From assembly GCF_018977255.1 (NCBI RefSeq), contig NW_024704743.1, positions 92,382,001 through 92,446,000 on the forward strand: 64,000 bases of DNA. The letters are read 5' to 3'. The position numbers and the translations under genes are program-made. Origin of the DNA: Callorhinchus milii (taxonomy: Eukaryota). The notes under the pieces were generated by a model, which was given only the letters and a program-made list of their open reading frames with translations, made no database searches and had not been told where the DNA came from. The number at the start of each line of letters is the position of its first letter. The stretch's first letter is position 1. Below, one piece after another: positions 52,295 through 64,000 of this stretch.

Positions 52295-53720
52295 AACAAG
52301 ACAGGTTCAGATGAAGAAGGCCCTTTGACCCATCTGAGCTAATTTTCATACCCATCACTGCATTGAACATTTTTAAATGAATCCAGTGTCCAACATTACA
52401 GGTAACCTCTTTTAGTGATTGATTGCCCTGTGTAAAGAAAAAAATCCTGGTGTCTGCTCTGAAATTGCCCTTTGAAACCCTATACCGGTGCTCTCTTGTT
52501 CTCTTGTTTCATTACATCCAAAACTATTGTTCTGGATTTACTTTTTCAATCCCATTTAAAATCTTATATACCTCTTAAAGGTATATTAAGACTCTGAGAA
52601 GACTCCTTTCAAAATAATACAATAGAAATTTACAATTATATAGTGTCTTTCCTGTTGGGATGTAGGATATCCCAAGGTCTGGGAGGATGAAAGAGGCTTG
52701 TCTAATCATAGCTCATTCCTCTATCAACAACATCAACTTGCATTTATGTAGCACCCTTCATGCAGGGCAGGTCCCAGAGCGCTTAGCAATGGCAGAGCCC
52801 AGTTCCGAGCCAGGGGGAGGGGGAAGGTGATGATAGGCACGGTTGAAAAGGAAGGTCTTCAGGGACTGAAAGGATTGCTCTTGAGGGAGCTGAAACAGAC
52901 ATAGTGGGCTGAGTGACCTTCTGTGCCATAAATATTTGTGGTTCTACTGTGCATCATGCTCATTGTTCTTCTCTGTGCTACCTCTGGGACCTGGGCATCA
53001 TATAACTTGAACATGATTTCTGGAAATCGGACGCAATTAATTTGGCTTTATAGCCCATTATTAAAATTATTTAACCCTTAGTCATGTTTGCCTCATTTAT
53101 TGCTGCCTCACACTGTTTTGATTTGGTAAGGATGAATTAACTACACTAATAGAGCTCTTTCAGCTTTAATAATAATAATCCTTGCATTTGATATAGCGCT
53201 TTTCACATCTTCTAGACGTCTCAAAGCCCTTCACAAAATATACTGTAAAGTGAATTGACTGTATATTTGTGGGCAAAGCTTTCACCTTGATAAGTTTTAT
53301 TTTTTCCATGAGTACATGCACTTCCTATGTTTACTTCCTATATGCAGTGCCTTTGCATTTATCTGTACTGAATTTCATTTACTAGTTATCAGCCCATGTG
53401 CATACTCTATCAAGTCCGAAATAAGATCTTTTCTGCCTCTTCTGATTCCACAGTTCCCTCTAACTTGGTAGTACTTGCAATTTTAACTTACACTAGAACA
53501 ACAACAACAACAACTTGCATTTATATAGTGTTCTCCACAGCGGGCAATGTCCCAGAGTGCTTAACAATGGTGATCACTATGTCTGAGAATCCAGGTCATT
53601 AATATATACAAGGAACAGGAGATCTCAGAACAGATCCCTGAGACTTGCCGCTTTCCTTCTTAACACCTCCCCACCTTTTGACTTTGCTCCCCCAACAGTG
53701 ACCATCTGCTTCCTGCCCCC
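52295..53720 (-). mobile_element. Old fragmented CR1-like LINE with nested L2 stubs (about 52727-52862 and 53497-53570) and a SINE tail (53168-53276)
   Basis: Colinear with 20185-20750; the nested pieces match their families. Confidence 0.55.
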
Positions 53721-53941
53721 ACAAAAACACATCTCCTTCCCCAGTTGATCAAGTGTTTCTTAACTAAAGTACATTATTAAAGAATGTAATGGAATCAAAA
53801 TTAATAATCCTTGATTTTGATATAGTGCCTCATCACATCACTGAAATGTCTCAAAGGGCTTTGCAGGATTTACTATAAAGTGTAACTACTTTGTATTTGT
53901 AGGTGAACACAACAGCCAAGTTACACACAGCAGGTTCCTAC

Positions 53942-54113
53942 AAACAACAACAACAAAATTACATTTGTATCGTGCTTTTCACATTGGGATGACAATCAGT
54001 GTTTCAGACCCGAGTAGGGGGTCTGAATCCGGCAGGGTGGAGGGCAGAGGGGGGGGAGGAGGGTGATCAAAGGGATGATCGAAGAGGAGAGTCTTGAGAT
54101 GGGGCTTGAAGGA

Positions 54114-54167
<54 letters not shown>

Positions 54168-54552
54168 CCTTGCATTTGATATAGCGCTTTTCACGTCGGG
54201 AGGACGTCCCAAAGCGCTTCACAGAATATACTGTAAAGTGAATTGACTGTATATTTGTGGGCGAACGCGGCAGCCAATTGCGCACAGCAATGTTCCACAA
54301 ACAGTCGTAGATTGAAAATGACCAATTTATTATTGTTTTTGGTTTTGGAGGGATTATTATTAGGCGTGTGGAGTAAGGAAACTTGCCCAAGGTTTCGCCC
54401 TCTGCCTGGAATTGAACTCAGGTCTCTCGCTTGCAAAGCGAGTGCTCTAACCACTGAGCTACAGGACTCCAAGGTAAGGGAGGGAGCAAGGTGGAGGGAC
54501 TGCAGGATGGAGTTCCAGAGGATGGGAAAAAGTGGCTGAAGGTCCGCCCGCA
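53942..54552 (-). mobile_element. L2 3' fragment split by a SINE
   Basis: LWNSILQSLHLAPSL and SFKPHLKTLLFDHPF lie on either side of the SINE. Confidence 0.85.
54116..54471 (-). mobile_element. Young tRNA(Ala) SINE with long (TAA)n tail and AGGTAA TSD
   Basis: CpG-intact copy; AGGTAA at 54113-54118 and 54472-54477. Confidence 0.95.
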
Positions 54553-54789
54553 AAACATCCATGAAATGACAGCCATTTTATTTTCCGATTGTTTCAGTAA
54601 TCTCTGAAATTCTATCTACATAGATCTCGATACAGGTGGAATGTCTTTCCTATAGTCATCAAAGCAGAGGTAATTTTACATTAATACCATTTACAAGAAC
54701 AGGGTCAATCTGAAGTCCACGTGAGAGGCAGTTGGAATTTTATTCCTCATAAAATGCGGACATCTTAGTTACAATATAATATATAATGA

Positions 54790-54947
54790 CCCTTGGTCAG
54801 AACAGAACGTAATTCTGGCAAAGGGCTGTGGATCCGAAACGTTGACTCACTTTCCTTTCTCCATAGATGCCACCTGACCTGCTGAGTGTTTCCAGCGACT
54901 TCTGTTTTTGTTTCAGATTTCCAGCACCTGCAGTATTTTGTATTTTG
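54790..54947 (+). mobile_element. Penelope-like element terminal (pLTR) remnant
   Basis: ctggcaaaggg..gatccgaaacgttgac..tagatgccacctgacctgctgagtgtttccagc..agatttccagcacctgcag resembles the common shark Penelope end (recalled, not searched). Confidence 0.7.
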
Positions 54948-55726
54948 CACAACAAAAAGAGAAGCTCGGAAAAAAATAATCATGCACATTTTCCAACTGT
55001 TAGTATTGATTTCTCTTCATTACCATAAAATATATGTTATGTTAAAATGCGCTTACATTTTAGAAACCGGTATTGATTGTTTTTGCTAAAAATTGTAAAA
55101 ACATGTTTCTTAAAGTCAAACATAAAATTGCCTTCACCAATGCAGGTACTGTTTCACACCATGAAACTGCGGTAGTGCAATGGTTATTTAGCCTTCAAGG
55201 CAAATTAGTCATCTGTATTGTAGAATTGATCCTCCAGTATTTTACATATTTATTCATAATATTCAGATGTTGTAAATTCAGAGGTATAAATTAGTCTCAA
55301 GCAGAGATTTAGGGACACTGCTGCATTTTAACTTATGATGCCAATTTGTGTGAACTGTATAGTAAGTGTCATAGATTCCTATGTTTGTGTGTTGATCAGC
55401 ATTTACACTGATCTTGTGCTGATTTCTATAAATGTGAGCATAATTGGATAGTGGGGTTGAAATGAGAATTACAAACTGGAAGTCAAGTCTTCAATTGCAA
55501 ATACGGACTTGAGATTCATAAAGCAACAAACCGTGATTCCCAATTGGTTCTGCATGAATTGAATGGAGTTAAAGCTATAAAATGTTTTGAAGTAACTTTA
55601 TATTTCACAGTCCAAAAATCTTCCAAAATCTCTGTTCTCGTATATAATTATTGAATGCACCAAATGTATGAGAGAATTGTGATGTATCTTAGTTGGAATT
55701 GCAAAATATTTCTATGGAAGATTAAG

Positions 55727-56160
55727 CCTAGCTTAGTTGGTAACTCTCTTGCCACTGATTGAGGCGGTTATTGGTTCAAGCCTGACGTCAGAACTTCGAG
55801 CTCTAGGCTGACAATTTAATGCAGTGTTAGGGGAGTGTTGTATTTTTGGAGATGTCATCTTTTAGATGAGATGTAAAACTGAGGACCTGTCTGCTTGTTC
55901 TGAAAGATGAGATCCCATGACATTATTAGAAAAGAGAAGAGAATTTCTCTGGTTATCCTGGCCAACAATGTATAAAGTAAAATGTGACACAAAATTCCTT
56001 GACATCATTCATTTCATGGCTGTTTGTGGGACATTACTGTGGGCAAACTGGTTGCCACATTTGGATACAGGTGCAGTAACTAAACTTTGCAGTAACATCC
56101 TGTGAAGTAGTTTGTTTCGCCAACATGATAAGGTGCTATACCAAATGGAAGGATGTAAGG
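55727..56160 (+). mobile_element. Old DeuSINE-like SINE
   Basis: gcttagttggtaactctcttgcc..ggttcaagcc head, core, gtgggacattactgtgggcaaactgg body. Confidence 0.75.
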
Positions 56161-56181
56161 ATAATTATTTTATGTAAGTTT

Positions 56182-56548
56182 AAGCGAGAGACCCGGGTTT
56201 GATTTCTGGCAAGACGAAACCTTGGACAAGTTTCCTTATTCCACACGCCTGATAATAATCCCTCAAGAAAAAAATAGTACAACAACAACAACAACAAGAT
56301 TCCATTTATTGAGCGCCTTTCACGTCGGGAGGACATCCCAATAATAATAAAAAAATATAAAAAAATAATAATAATTTGGTCACTCAATCCACGATTGTTT
56401 GTGGGACACTGCTGCGAGCAATTTGGCTGCCGCGTTTCGCCCACAAATACACAGTCAATTCATTTCATAGCATATTTTGTGAAGTGCTTTGAGATATCTA
56501 GAAGATGTGAAAAGCGCTATATCAAATGCAAGGATTATTATTATTTTT
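56182..56548 (+). mobile_element. Short-form tRNA(Ala) SINE, 5'-clipped, with an antisense L2 stub at 56279-56340
   Basis: B box gggtttgatttc, gaaaccttggacaagtttcctta, TAGAA-loop tail. Confidence 0.85.
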
Positions 56549-57436
56549 TATTTATCAGGAGGCGCTGATTTTGTTCCATTTCCGTCTTTTTTTTCTCTCA
56601 CTATTTTTCCTTTCAGGAACATATCAACTGAAAACCATTTATTAAAGAGACGCATTGTGCTGTGTATGTGGTCTCTACTGTGGAATATTTAGCTCAAAGT
56701 GGTCAGCTCCAATCTTTTCTCTTTACAGTACACTTAATGTATTTTATTCATATCAGGGAATATGATCAGGCTGCTTGCTATCATTCAAGAAAGTCAAATA
56801 TTTTATGAATGTTTCTTTTTTGTTGACTTTTATAGGCAGTCACCCATTTCTGCATCTGTGAATAATTTAAAGCTTTTATTCTCCGCAGCATTTGACAGCT
56901 GAGGTTGCATTTCCTGAGATGACCATAGTATTTGACAATACTTGCTTTTCAATGTGGGTTTCTGAAGCTATCATTTCCAGACAGAATTCTATGCACCTCA
57001 GAATCTAAGTGGGTTTGATCCGAAATGTTCACTTTTTCTACAGTTTTTCATTGCTGTATTTTACAGTGTTGTTTTGTTCGCAATGATCCCAATGGGTTGC
57101 TGTAGTGTGAGGAGGAATTATTATTGTGATTAATACAGTGACAGATCTATATGTGTAGAAGGTAAATTCAGTTGTCCATTAGAGGCAGAGTGAATGCTAT
57201 GTTTTGTGGTGGTGGCCGCAGTGAATGTTCAATGCTTTGGACTTTTTAAATTAACTGTTGTTTTTTGGTCAGCTGGGTAACTGACACATGCAGAAATCAA
57301 TCACCATGAGTATCCAAACCAGACTGAGAGTTCCATGTGTGCCACCTAGATGTGGAAATTCCTACGTCTGCCTGAAAGGATGCACTCTGCTTACCTAATT
57401 TTGGAGAGTATTAGATGCATGTTACATTCATGTTTC

Positions 57437-57726
57437 AACTCCATTCCAGAGTCTCTCCACCTCGCCCCCTCCCTTGCCTCCTTAAGACAACAACAACAAC
57501 AACTTGGATTTATATAGCGCTCTCCACGCCGGACGGTGCCTCAGAGCGCTTAGACCCACCTCAAGACCCTCCTCTTCGACAGTGCCTTCGATCACCCTCC
57601 TACCCCAACGCTCTCCGCCCTCTGATCCCAACCAACAGCTCAGGTGCGGGTCCCTGACTGTCAAGCGTCTTGTGATGTCCTACTGACATGAAAGGCGCTA
57701 TACAAATGTAATTTCTTGTTGTTGTT
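57437..57726 (+). mobile_element. L2 3' fragment with an antisense L2 stub nested at about 57488-57552
   Basis: C-terminal and tail text; the nested stub is flanked by AGAC on both sides. Confidence 0.8.
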
Positions 57727-57790
57727 ATGTAGAATGCTTTGTGTGTGTAGCATCTTGGAACTTCTCAAATATTCATCTATTGCCTGCTTA

Positions 57791-58585
57791 ATAACAACAA
57801 GAACAAAATTACATTTACAACAAAATCAACGTTTTGGACTCGAGCTGGGGGCTGGGATTGGGGAGTGTGGAGGGCAGGAGGGGAAGGAAGGCACAGTCAT
57901 AGAGTAGGGTCTTGAAGGAGGCAAGGGAAGGGGAGAGGTGAAGGGACTGCGGGATGGAGTTCCAGAAGGGTGGAGGCAGAGTGGCAGAAGGCCTGCCCAG
58001 CAATGGGGGGGATGCGAAGCAGGCCGGAGTTCTCTGGTCGGAGGGAGGGAGCAGGTTGTTAGGGGGTTAGGAGGTCGGAGAGGTAGGGGTAAGTAAGGCC
58101 ATTGGAGTGCTTTGAAGGTGAGGACCAGGATCTTGAACTATATCCTTTGTGTGATTGGAGTTGGGCGAGGATGGGAGTGATAGGGTCGTGGAGCCTAGTG
58201 CAGGAGAGAACACAGGTTGCAGTTCTGGATGATCTGCAGCCTGTGGAGGGAGGAGTTGAGCAGGCCAACAAGCAGGGAGTTTGCGTAATGAAGCCCAGAT
58301 GTTATGAATGCGTGGGGGGGGGGCCTGCGGTGTGAGACAGTGGTGGAGCCAAGCAATGTTGCGGAGATGGGGAAGGAAGAGCATGTCATAGTACGGATAT
58401 AGGGTAGAAAGGATAGTTGAGAGTCAAACAAGATGCCAAGGTTCCAGACTGGTTTAGTAAGGAGGATGGTGATGCTATCAGCACCTGAGGTGTTGAGGCA
58501 CTGACAGAAGCCAATCAAGAGAGGCTCTGTCTTGTTGTCGTTCAACTGTAGAAAATTACCTTTCATCCAGAACTTGATGTTGACC
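57791..58585 (-). mobile_element. L2 3' portion
   Basis: NFLQLNDNKTEPLLIG, NLGILFDSQLSF, SSLHRLQIIQN. Confidence 0.9.
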
Positions 58586-58973
58586 TCACATCTACAACCT
58601 TCTGAGGTAGTGACTTCCAAAACCATTTTTGTTGCAAAATTTTTCCGATTTTACTCTTAACTGGCTCTAATTTTAAAATGGTACCCTCTTGTTCCTACCA
58701 CAGGGAAAGTTTTCTATCTTCCTTGTCAAATTTTTTTTATATAACTGTAAGTACTAAAGTTTGCCCAACTCTGTTCTGGTAAACCTGCACTGTACCCTTC
58801 CAAGGCCAATCAATACATCTTTCCTGAGCTGTGGTGCTCAAAATTGAATACAATACTCCAGTTGACATCTGACAATGTCCAGATAGAGGACTGTGCTTTC
58901 TCCACATGCCATGATTTATGATTTACTCATGTTCCCGAAGGTTGTGCAGACATTGGGCCGTATTGCCCTGATT

Positions 58974-59044
58974 AGCGCTTTGGGACGTCCTCCCGATGTG
59001 AAAGGCGCTCTATAAATGTAATTCTGTTGTTGTTGTTGTTGTTG
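58974..59044 (+). mobile_element. L2 tail-only stub
   Basis: agcgctttgggacgtcctcccgatgtgaaaggcgctctataaatgtaattc(tgt)n. Confidence 0.88.
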
Positions 59045-60017
59045 ATGAAACTAAAGTTATTCAGTTATTACCAGCTAAGCAATGTGGTACCCATGTTCGA
59101 GAAAAATACATCACCATCACTGAACAATAATTATTATCTCAACTTTTGAGATTTCTCAAAGCTATTTGAATGAATGAATGAATGAATAAATGAATCTCTC
59201 AGCTTGCCCTCTCATTGCCAGGCTTCAGACCATGCTTCAGACCATCAGACCACACCTCTTCGACCATGCGTACGGTCACACCTCCCTCCTCTCTCTGGCT
59301 CAGCATCAAGCTCCACCATTGTTAAGCATTCTTTGACACTACACGACATGAAGGGACAATATAAATGAAAGTTGCTGTGGTTGGCTATTTGGTTGTGAGA
59401 TGGGTTGTTAGTGGGCAATGTTCCAGAGATGATACTAGATGCCAGGTGGGCAAAGATGTATTTATTTACATAGAGGATAGCAACAGCTGGAATAAGTTAA
59501 CAGAAAGTGTTTAGATGCCCGCCCAATAGATTGATTGAAGAAACAGTTTAATGCTGTAATAGGAATAACATAGGGTGGGCATTTGCTTGATATTAGATTT
59601 TCGATACCAGGCTAATTTCAGAATTAGGTATTTTTTGTTATCCCAACCAATCATTTTATTTGACACACTGTCTCCAACTTCTTGATTCAGAAATTGGTGC
59701 ACAATAAGTGGTAGAAGAGTTAGGTTATCACATTCAAAAAACATCAATTAGCAGGCCAAAGAGGAACGATCATGAATAATTAAATTTTAGGCATGAATCA
59801 GCCCAGAGAGAGGGTGAGAAGCTTCCCTTGTACACACATTATTTCTCATTTGATGTAATAAAAAGTAAATTAAGTTAAAATTTAAATTGATTACATTATT
59901 ATTAGGATTCTATATCCCAAGATATTTAATTCATTTGATGAATCATTAATAATGAAGACATTTGTCCTAATTATTTCTTTGAAACAGCAAAAGCTTCCCA
60001 TTTGCTCTATTCAATCT

Positions 60018-60557
60018 TGTTGATTTCAAGATCCTCATCCTCACTTACAAGGCCATTCACGGCCTTGCTCCCTCCTACCTCTCCAACCTACTATCCCCCT
60101 ACCTACCTGCCCGTACCCTCCGTTCCTCTGGCTCCGGTCTGCTCCACGTCCCACACCCCAACCGCCCTACCATCGGTGGTCGGGCCTTCAGCCTCTCAGC
60201 CCCCAGGCTCTGGAACTCCATCCCCCAGTGCCTTTGCCTTGCTTCCTCCCTTTCCTCCTTCAAGGCCGGTCTCAAAACCTTTCTCTTTGACCGTGCCTTC
60301 AGCTCCCCTCTCGACTCTCTTCCCCCTCCTCGCTCCCTCCCTTCCCTCCCCTCACCCTGACCATTTCCCCCCTCCTTGCTCCCTCCCTTCCCTCCCCTCA
60401 CCCTGACCATTTCCCCCTTCCTCGCTCCCTCCCTTCCCTCCCCTCACCCTGACCATTTCCCCCCTGCTCGGGTCATGACCCAACTGTGCAGCGCCTTGGG
60501 ACGTCCTCCTGATGTGAAAGGCGCTTTATAAATGGAATCTTGTTGTTGTTGTTGTTG
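60018..60557 (+). mobile_element. Young L2 3' fragment with three 46-bp UTR repeats
   Basis: Near-identical to 38147-38636. Confidence 0.95.
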
Positions 60558-61705
60558 TAACAGAGGGACATAGGATATACAGCACCTGAACAACAAACAT
60601 ATTTTTTTTAAAAATCATAGGCTATTCCATCCCTCATAGCCCTTAATCAAATTCTAAACAATTATCTATTCGATTCCTTCTTGAATAGGGTGAGATAATC
60701 TGCCAACATCATCTCTTTGTGTAGTCCATTACACATACATATATATTATATATTTTACATAAACGATTGTTTGTAGTACACTGCTATGCGTAATTGGTTG
60801 CCGTGTTTCCCTCACAAATTCATTTGGCAGTATATTCTGTGAAGTGCTTTGAGACATCTCAATGATGTCTAATAATTGTATAAATGATTATTATAATTAT
60901 TAATAGTTATATTATTAATTAATAATCTTATCAACAACATGAAAAGGCGCTATATCAAATGCAAAGATTATTATTACCTTTGCTACTCTCTATAGTGATT
61001 GAACTGTCTTCAGATTCTCTCTTCTAAGTAGGAGTATGTGTCTGTGTTGTGGTTGTGTCCGTGTAACAACAACAACATTTACATTTGTATAGCATCTTTC
61101 ACATCAGGACGAAAGTGTGATACACTTCAGAAAGAGAATATTAAAGTTCATAGGGAGTGAGCGAGAGAGTGGGATTAGGCTACACAACTCATGTGCAGAA
61201 CAAAACATCAACTTGATGGGCCTAATGGCTTGTTTTTACATAATATTCTATGATAAAATGTGATAAGAAAACAGTTTGCAGCTCTCCTATTTCTAAAGGG
61301 AAGATTTCACTGTTTTAGCGTATTTTGCAAAATATTTTTCTGTGTTTATATAAAAAGAAGCACTCACTAACACCATAGGTGAGAAATGCAATGATAATTA
61401 TAGGAATAACACATACTCTGTCTTTGACCCGTGCAATTTAATCATGAACAATACCTTTTTAAAGTGTCAATTGCATACTATGCTCAAAATCATTATGTTA
61501 GAAAATTACAGGCTATGCACTGCTGGAACCTTTCCTTCTTTAAAGGAAATGGTACCTCACCAGATGAAAAAGGCCCTTCAGCTCATTTGATCTCACCCTT
61601 TAAGAAAACCTACCCTAACCATCACATCATCGAGTTGTTTTCTAAATGTATCTGGGGTCCTGATGTCAATTATCCTTCCTCGTGATTTTTCCAATCATTA
61701 ATTAC

Positions 61706-62030
61706 GTGGAGTCCTGTAGCTCAGTGGTTAGAGCACTCGCTTTGCAAGTGAAAGATCTGAGTTCAATTCCAGGCAGGGCGAAACCTTGGGCAAGTTTCCT
61801 TACTCCACACGCCTAATAATAATCTCTCCAAAACAAAAAACAATGATAAATTGGTCATTTTCAATCCATGATTGTTTGTGGGACATTGCTGTGCGCAATT
61901 GGCTGCCGCGTTCGCCCACAAATATACAGTCAATTCACTTTACAGTGTGTTCTGTGAAGCGCTTTGGGACGTCCTCCTGACGTGAAAAGCGCTATATCAA
62001 ATGCAAGGATTATTATTATTATTATTATTA
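61706..62030 (+). mobile_element. Young tRNA(Ala) SINE with ATTAATTAC TSD, inserted in an old CR1-like remnant (about 61555-62640)
   Basis: TSD at 61697-61705 and 62027-62035. Confidence 0.95.
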
Positions 62031-62651
62031 ATTACTTTCTAGGTAAAGAAATACTTCTTGGCGTTTGTCATAAAATTACTCTTTACAACTCCAAACCTGT
62101 GTCCTCTTGTTCTACTGTCTCCAATAGCACTAACAGTACAGCCAGTGTAAATTAAGACTCAAAGAGAGTTGAAAACAAGGATGGACCAGAGACGGCAAAC
62201 ATATTACATATTACAGTGTATTCTAATAGTGCATCCAATAGTAATACTCTGGGTTCACGTTTCCCATTTAAAATCTTTTTACCTCTATAAAGTACCCTCT
62301 AAGGTGTCTCCTTTGAACATTGAAGAGCCTCAGCTTGTCTAATTGTTGCTTGTGGGTCATTTCTCTGACACTGGGAATTATCCTCTTTGCTCTTCTCTGC
62401 AGTTCCTCTTGGGCCTGGAAAGCCCCCTTATGTTGTGGCGAACTGAACTAAAATTCAATACTCTAAGAGTAGCCCAGAGTATGACTTGTGCGGAACTGAA
62501 CATAACTGATTTGGCAGTGGAGCTCAGCATCCTGTTTGCTTTGTTTCTTGCTTTAAAGCCAAATTATGACTGGGAGCATTCCAGAGTGCTTAATGTTGGA
62601 ATAGGAGACCCTCAGCAGATTAAAATATTTGTGCTTTAATCATCTCCCAGT

Positions 62652-62897
62652 CAACAACAACAACAAGATTCCATTTATAGAGAGCCTTTCACATCAGGAG
62701 GACGTCCCAAGGCGCTGTACAGTTGAGTCAGGACCCGAGCAGGGGGGAAATGGTCAGGGTGAGGGAAGGGAGGGAACAAGGAGGGGGTAGAGAGTCGAGA
62801 GGGGAGCTGAAGGCACGGTCAAAGAGAAAGGTCTTAAGACCGGCCTTGAAGGAGGAAAGGGAGGAAGCGGCAAAGGCACTGGGGGATGGAGTTCCAG
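62652..62897 (-). mobile_element. Young L2 3' stub with one UTR repeat
   Basis: Reverse complement of the 38340-38636 region. Confidence 0.92.
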
Positions 62898-63416
62898 ATT
62901 CCTAAGTGCACTGAAGATTCTGAAATGCTACTTAGCTTTAACCATATTATTCCACTCAAGATTTCCTCAAATAAACTCATGCAATTTAGTCATGTTCATT
63001 AGCTACCCTATTGTCTTCCATAAATCCATTATAGCAATATACTAATTACTTTTCATTTCTTTGCTACTTGCTGGTAACATTATTTTCCAATCTGCTTCCT
63101 GGTGCTGCAGTGCTAATTTAATGACCTGAGTAAGAATCCACTGCACCAACCATCAGCCAATTACAAACGGAAATTTTGTCCTGGCGAACAATTCCCTAAA
63201 CTTCATAGCTGTTTGTGGAACATTGCTGTGCACAAATTGGCTACCTCAATCACCTAAAAATAAGCAGTCACTGCACTTTACAGTATAACATGAAGGGTTA
63301 TTTAAATCTGTGACCCTACTGTGAAGTATGATTGACACAAGTTTGCTTTTAATAGTAAAATTTAATAAAAGATTAGCAAGGTTATACATAATAAAAAATA
63401 TACGTTTCATCAATAC

Positions 63417-63502
63417 AAATTAATGCTTACGATGGGTAGTAATAAAATTAATGCTTACAACGGGTAAGATAATCAAATTACTGCTTAGGACGGGTTAGTA
63501 AA
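63417..63502. repeat. Three 28-30 bp tandem units
   Basis: AAATTA(A/C)TGCTTA....GGGT units start at 63417, 63445 and 63475. Confidence 0.8.
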
Positions 63503-64000
63503 GTTGAATGCAATGGGTTGATCAGATCAGTATATGGTTTTAATGTAGGAATCGGCTTGTTAACTTGCGTCGATCCATGTTGATTGTCATATATCCCTCT
63601 TTCTTTGAGATTGGTTGCTCCATTCCCAAACTCAGCTCTTCTCTTTAAGCTCAGTTCTTCTCCCTTCATTGAGAATTATCCTTACAATTGTACATTGTAA
63701 AGATGTACACATCGAGCTTGTCAAGATATCTGGAGTTTAGCTTTACTAAAACATCTTTTTAGTCAGATAGTCTCCTCCTGTTATCAATATTCACAGTTAT
63801 CAACATCCTTGCCTTTATTAAAATTCCAGCAGTTTGTTTCAAACAAGTCTGAGTACCACATATTTAATGTCTATTGTGTAGCAAATAACAATGTCTTATC
63901 AACGATGTTGTTGAAACTTTGCATTCAGTAAATATGCTTCCACTGCCTTTGGCCTTCATGCATTTGCAGCTTTTCTGAAGCAAACAGAACCATGAGGCTC

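Noticed and set aside
53979..54390. Poly-Ile and poly-Tyr ORFs
   Set aside because: Translations of the SINE (TAA)n tail.
63417..63502. CRISPR-like array
   Set aside because: The units are contiguous and degenerate with no unique spacers, there are no cas genes, and the context is eukaryotic.
63478..63669. 63-aa minus-strand ORF
   Set aside because: No recognisable motif; it ends in the tandem repeat.

Overview
Eukaryotic, repeat-dominated DNA, probably from a cartilaginous fish. That call is inferred from the mix of L2 and CR1 LINEs, SacSINE1/DeuSINE-like SINEs and a shark-type Penelope end. No host protein-coding gene could be recognised, so the window is probably intronic or intergenic. 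The main elements are: (1) a degenerate, apparently end-to-end Helitron (about 29165-35930; Zn-finger, HUH Rep, PIF1 helicase) carrying four nested insertions; (2) about ten L2 LINE copies plus many 3' stubs, the youngest with a long open RT frame (37148-38416); (3) CR1 fragments; (4) tRNA-derived SINEs of several ages that share the L2 3' stem-loop; (5) a Penelope-like remnant with a decayed hammerhead core. The most interesting observations are a ~90 bp mini-Helitron sharing the large element's 3' end, a SINE series whose 3' hairpin loop changes to match the young L2, and a tail-less CR1 fragment joined into the Helitron by microhomology. I found no convincing wholly new biological system. 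Family names come from motif recognition, not database searches, and element boundaries are approximate.
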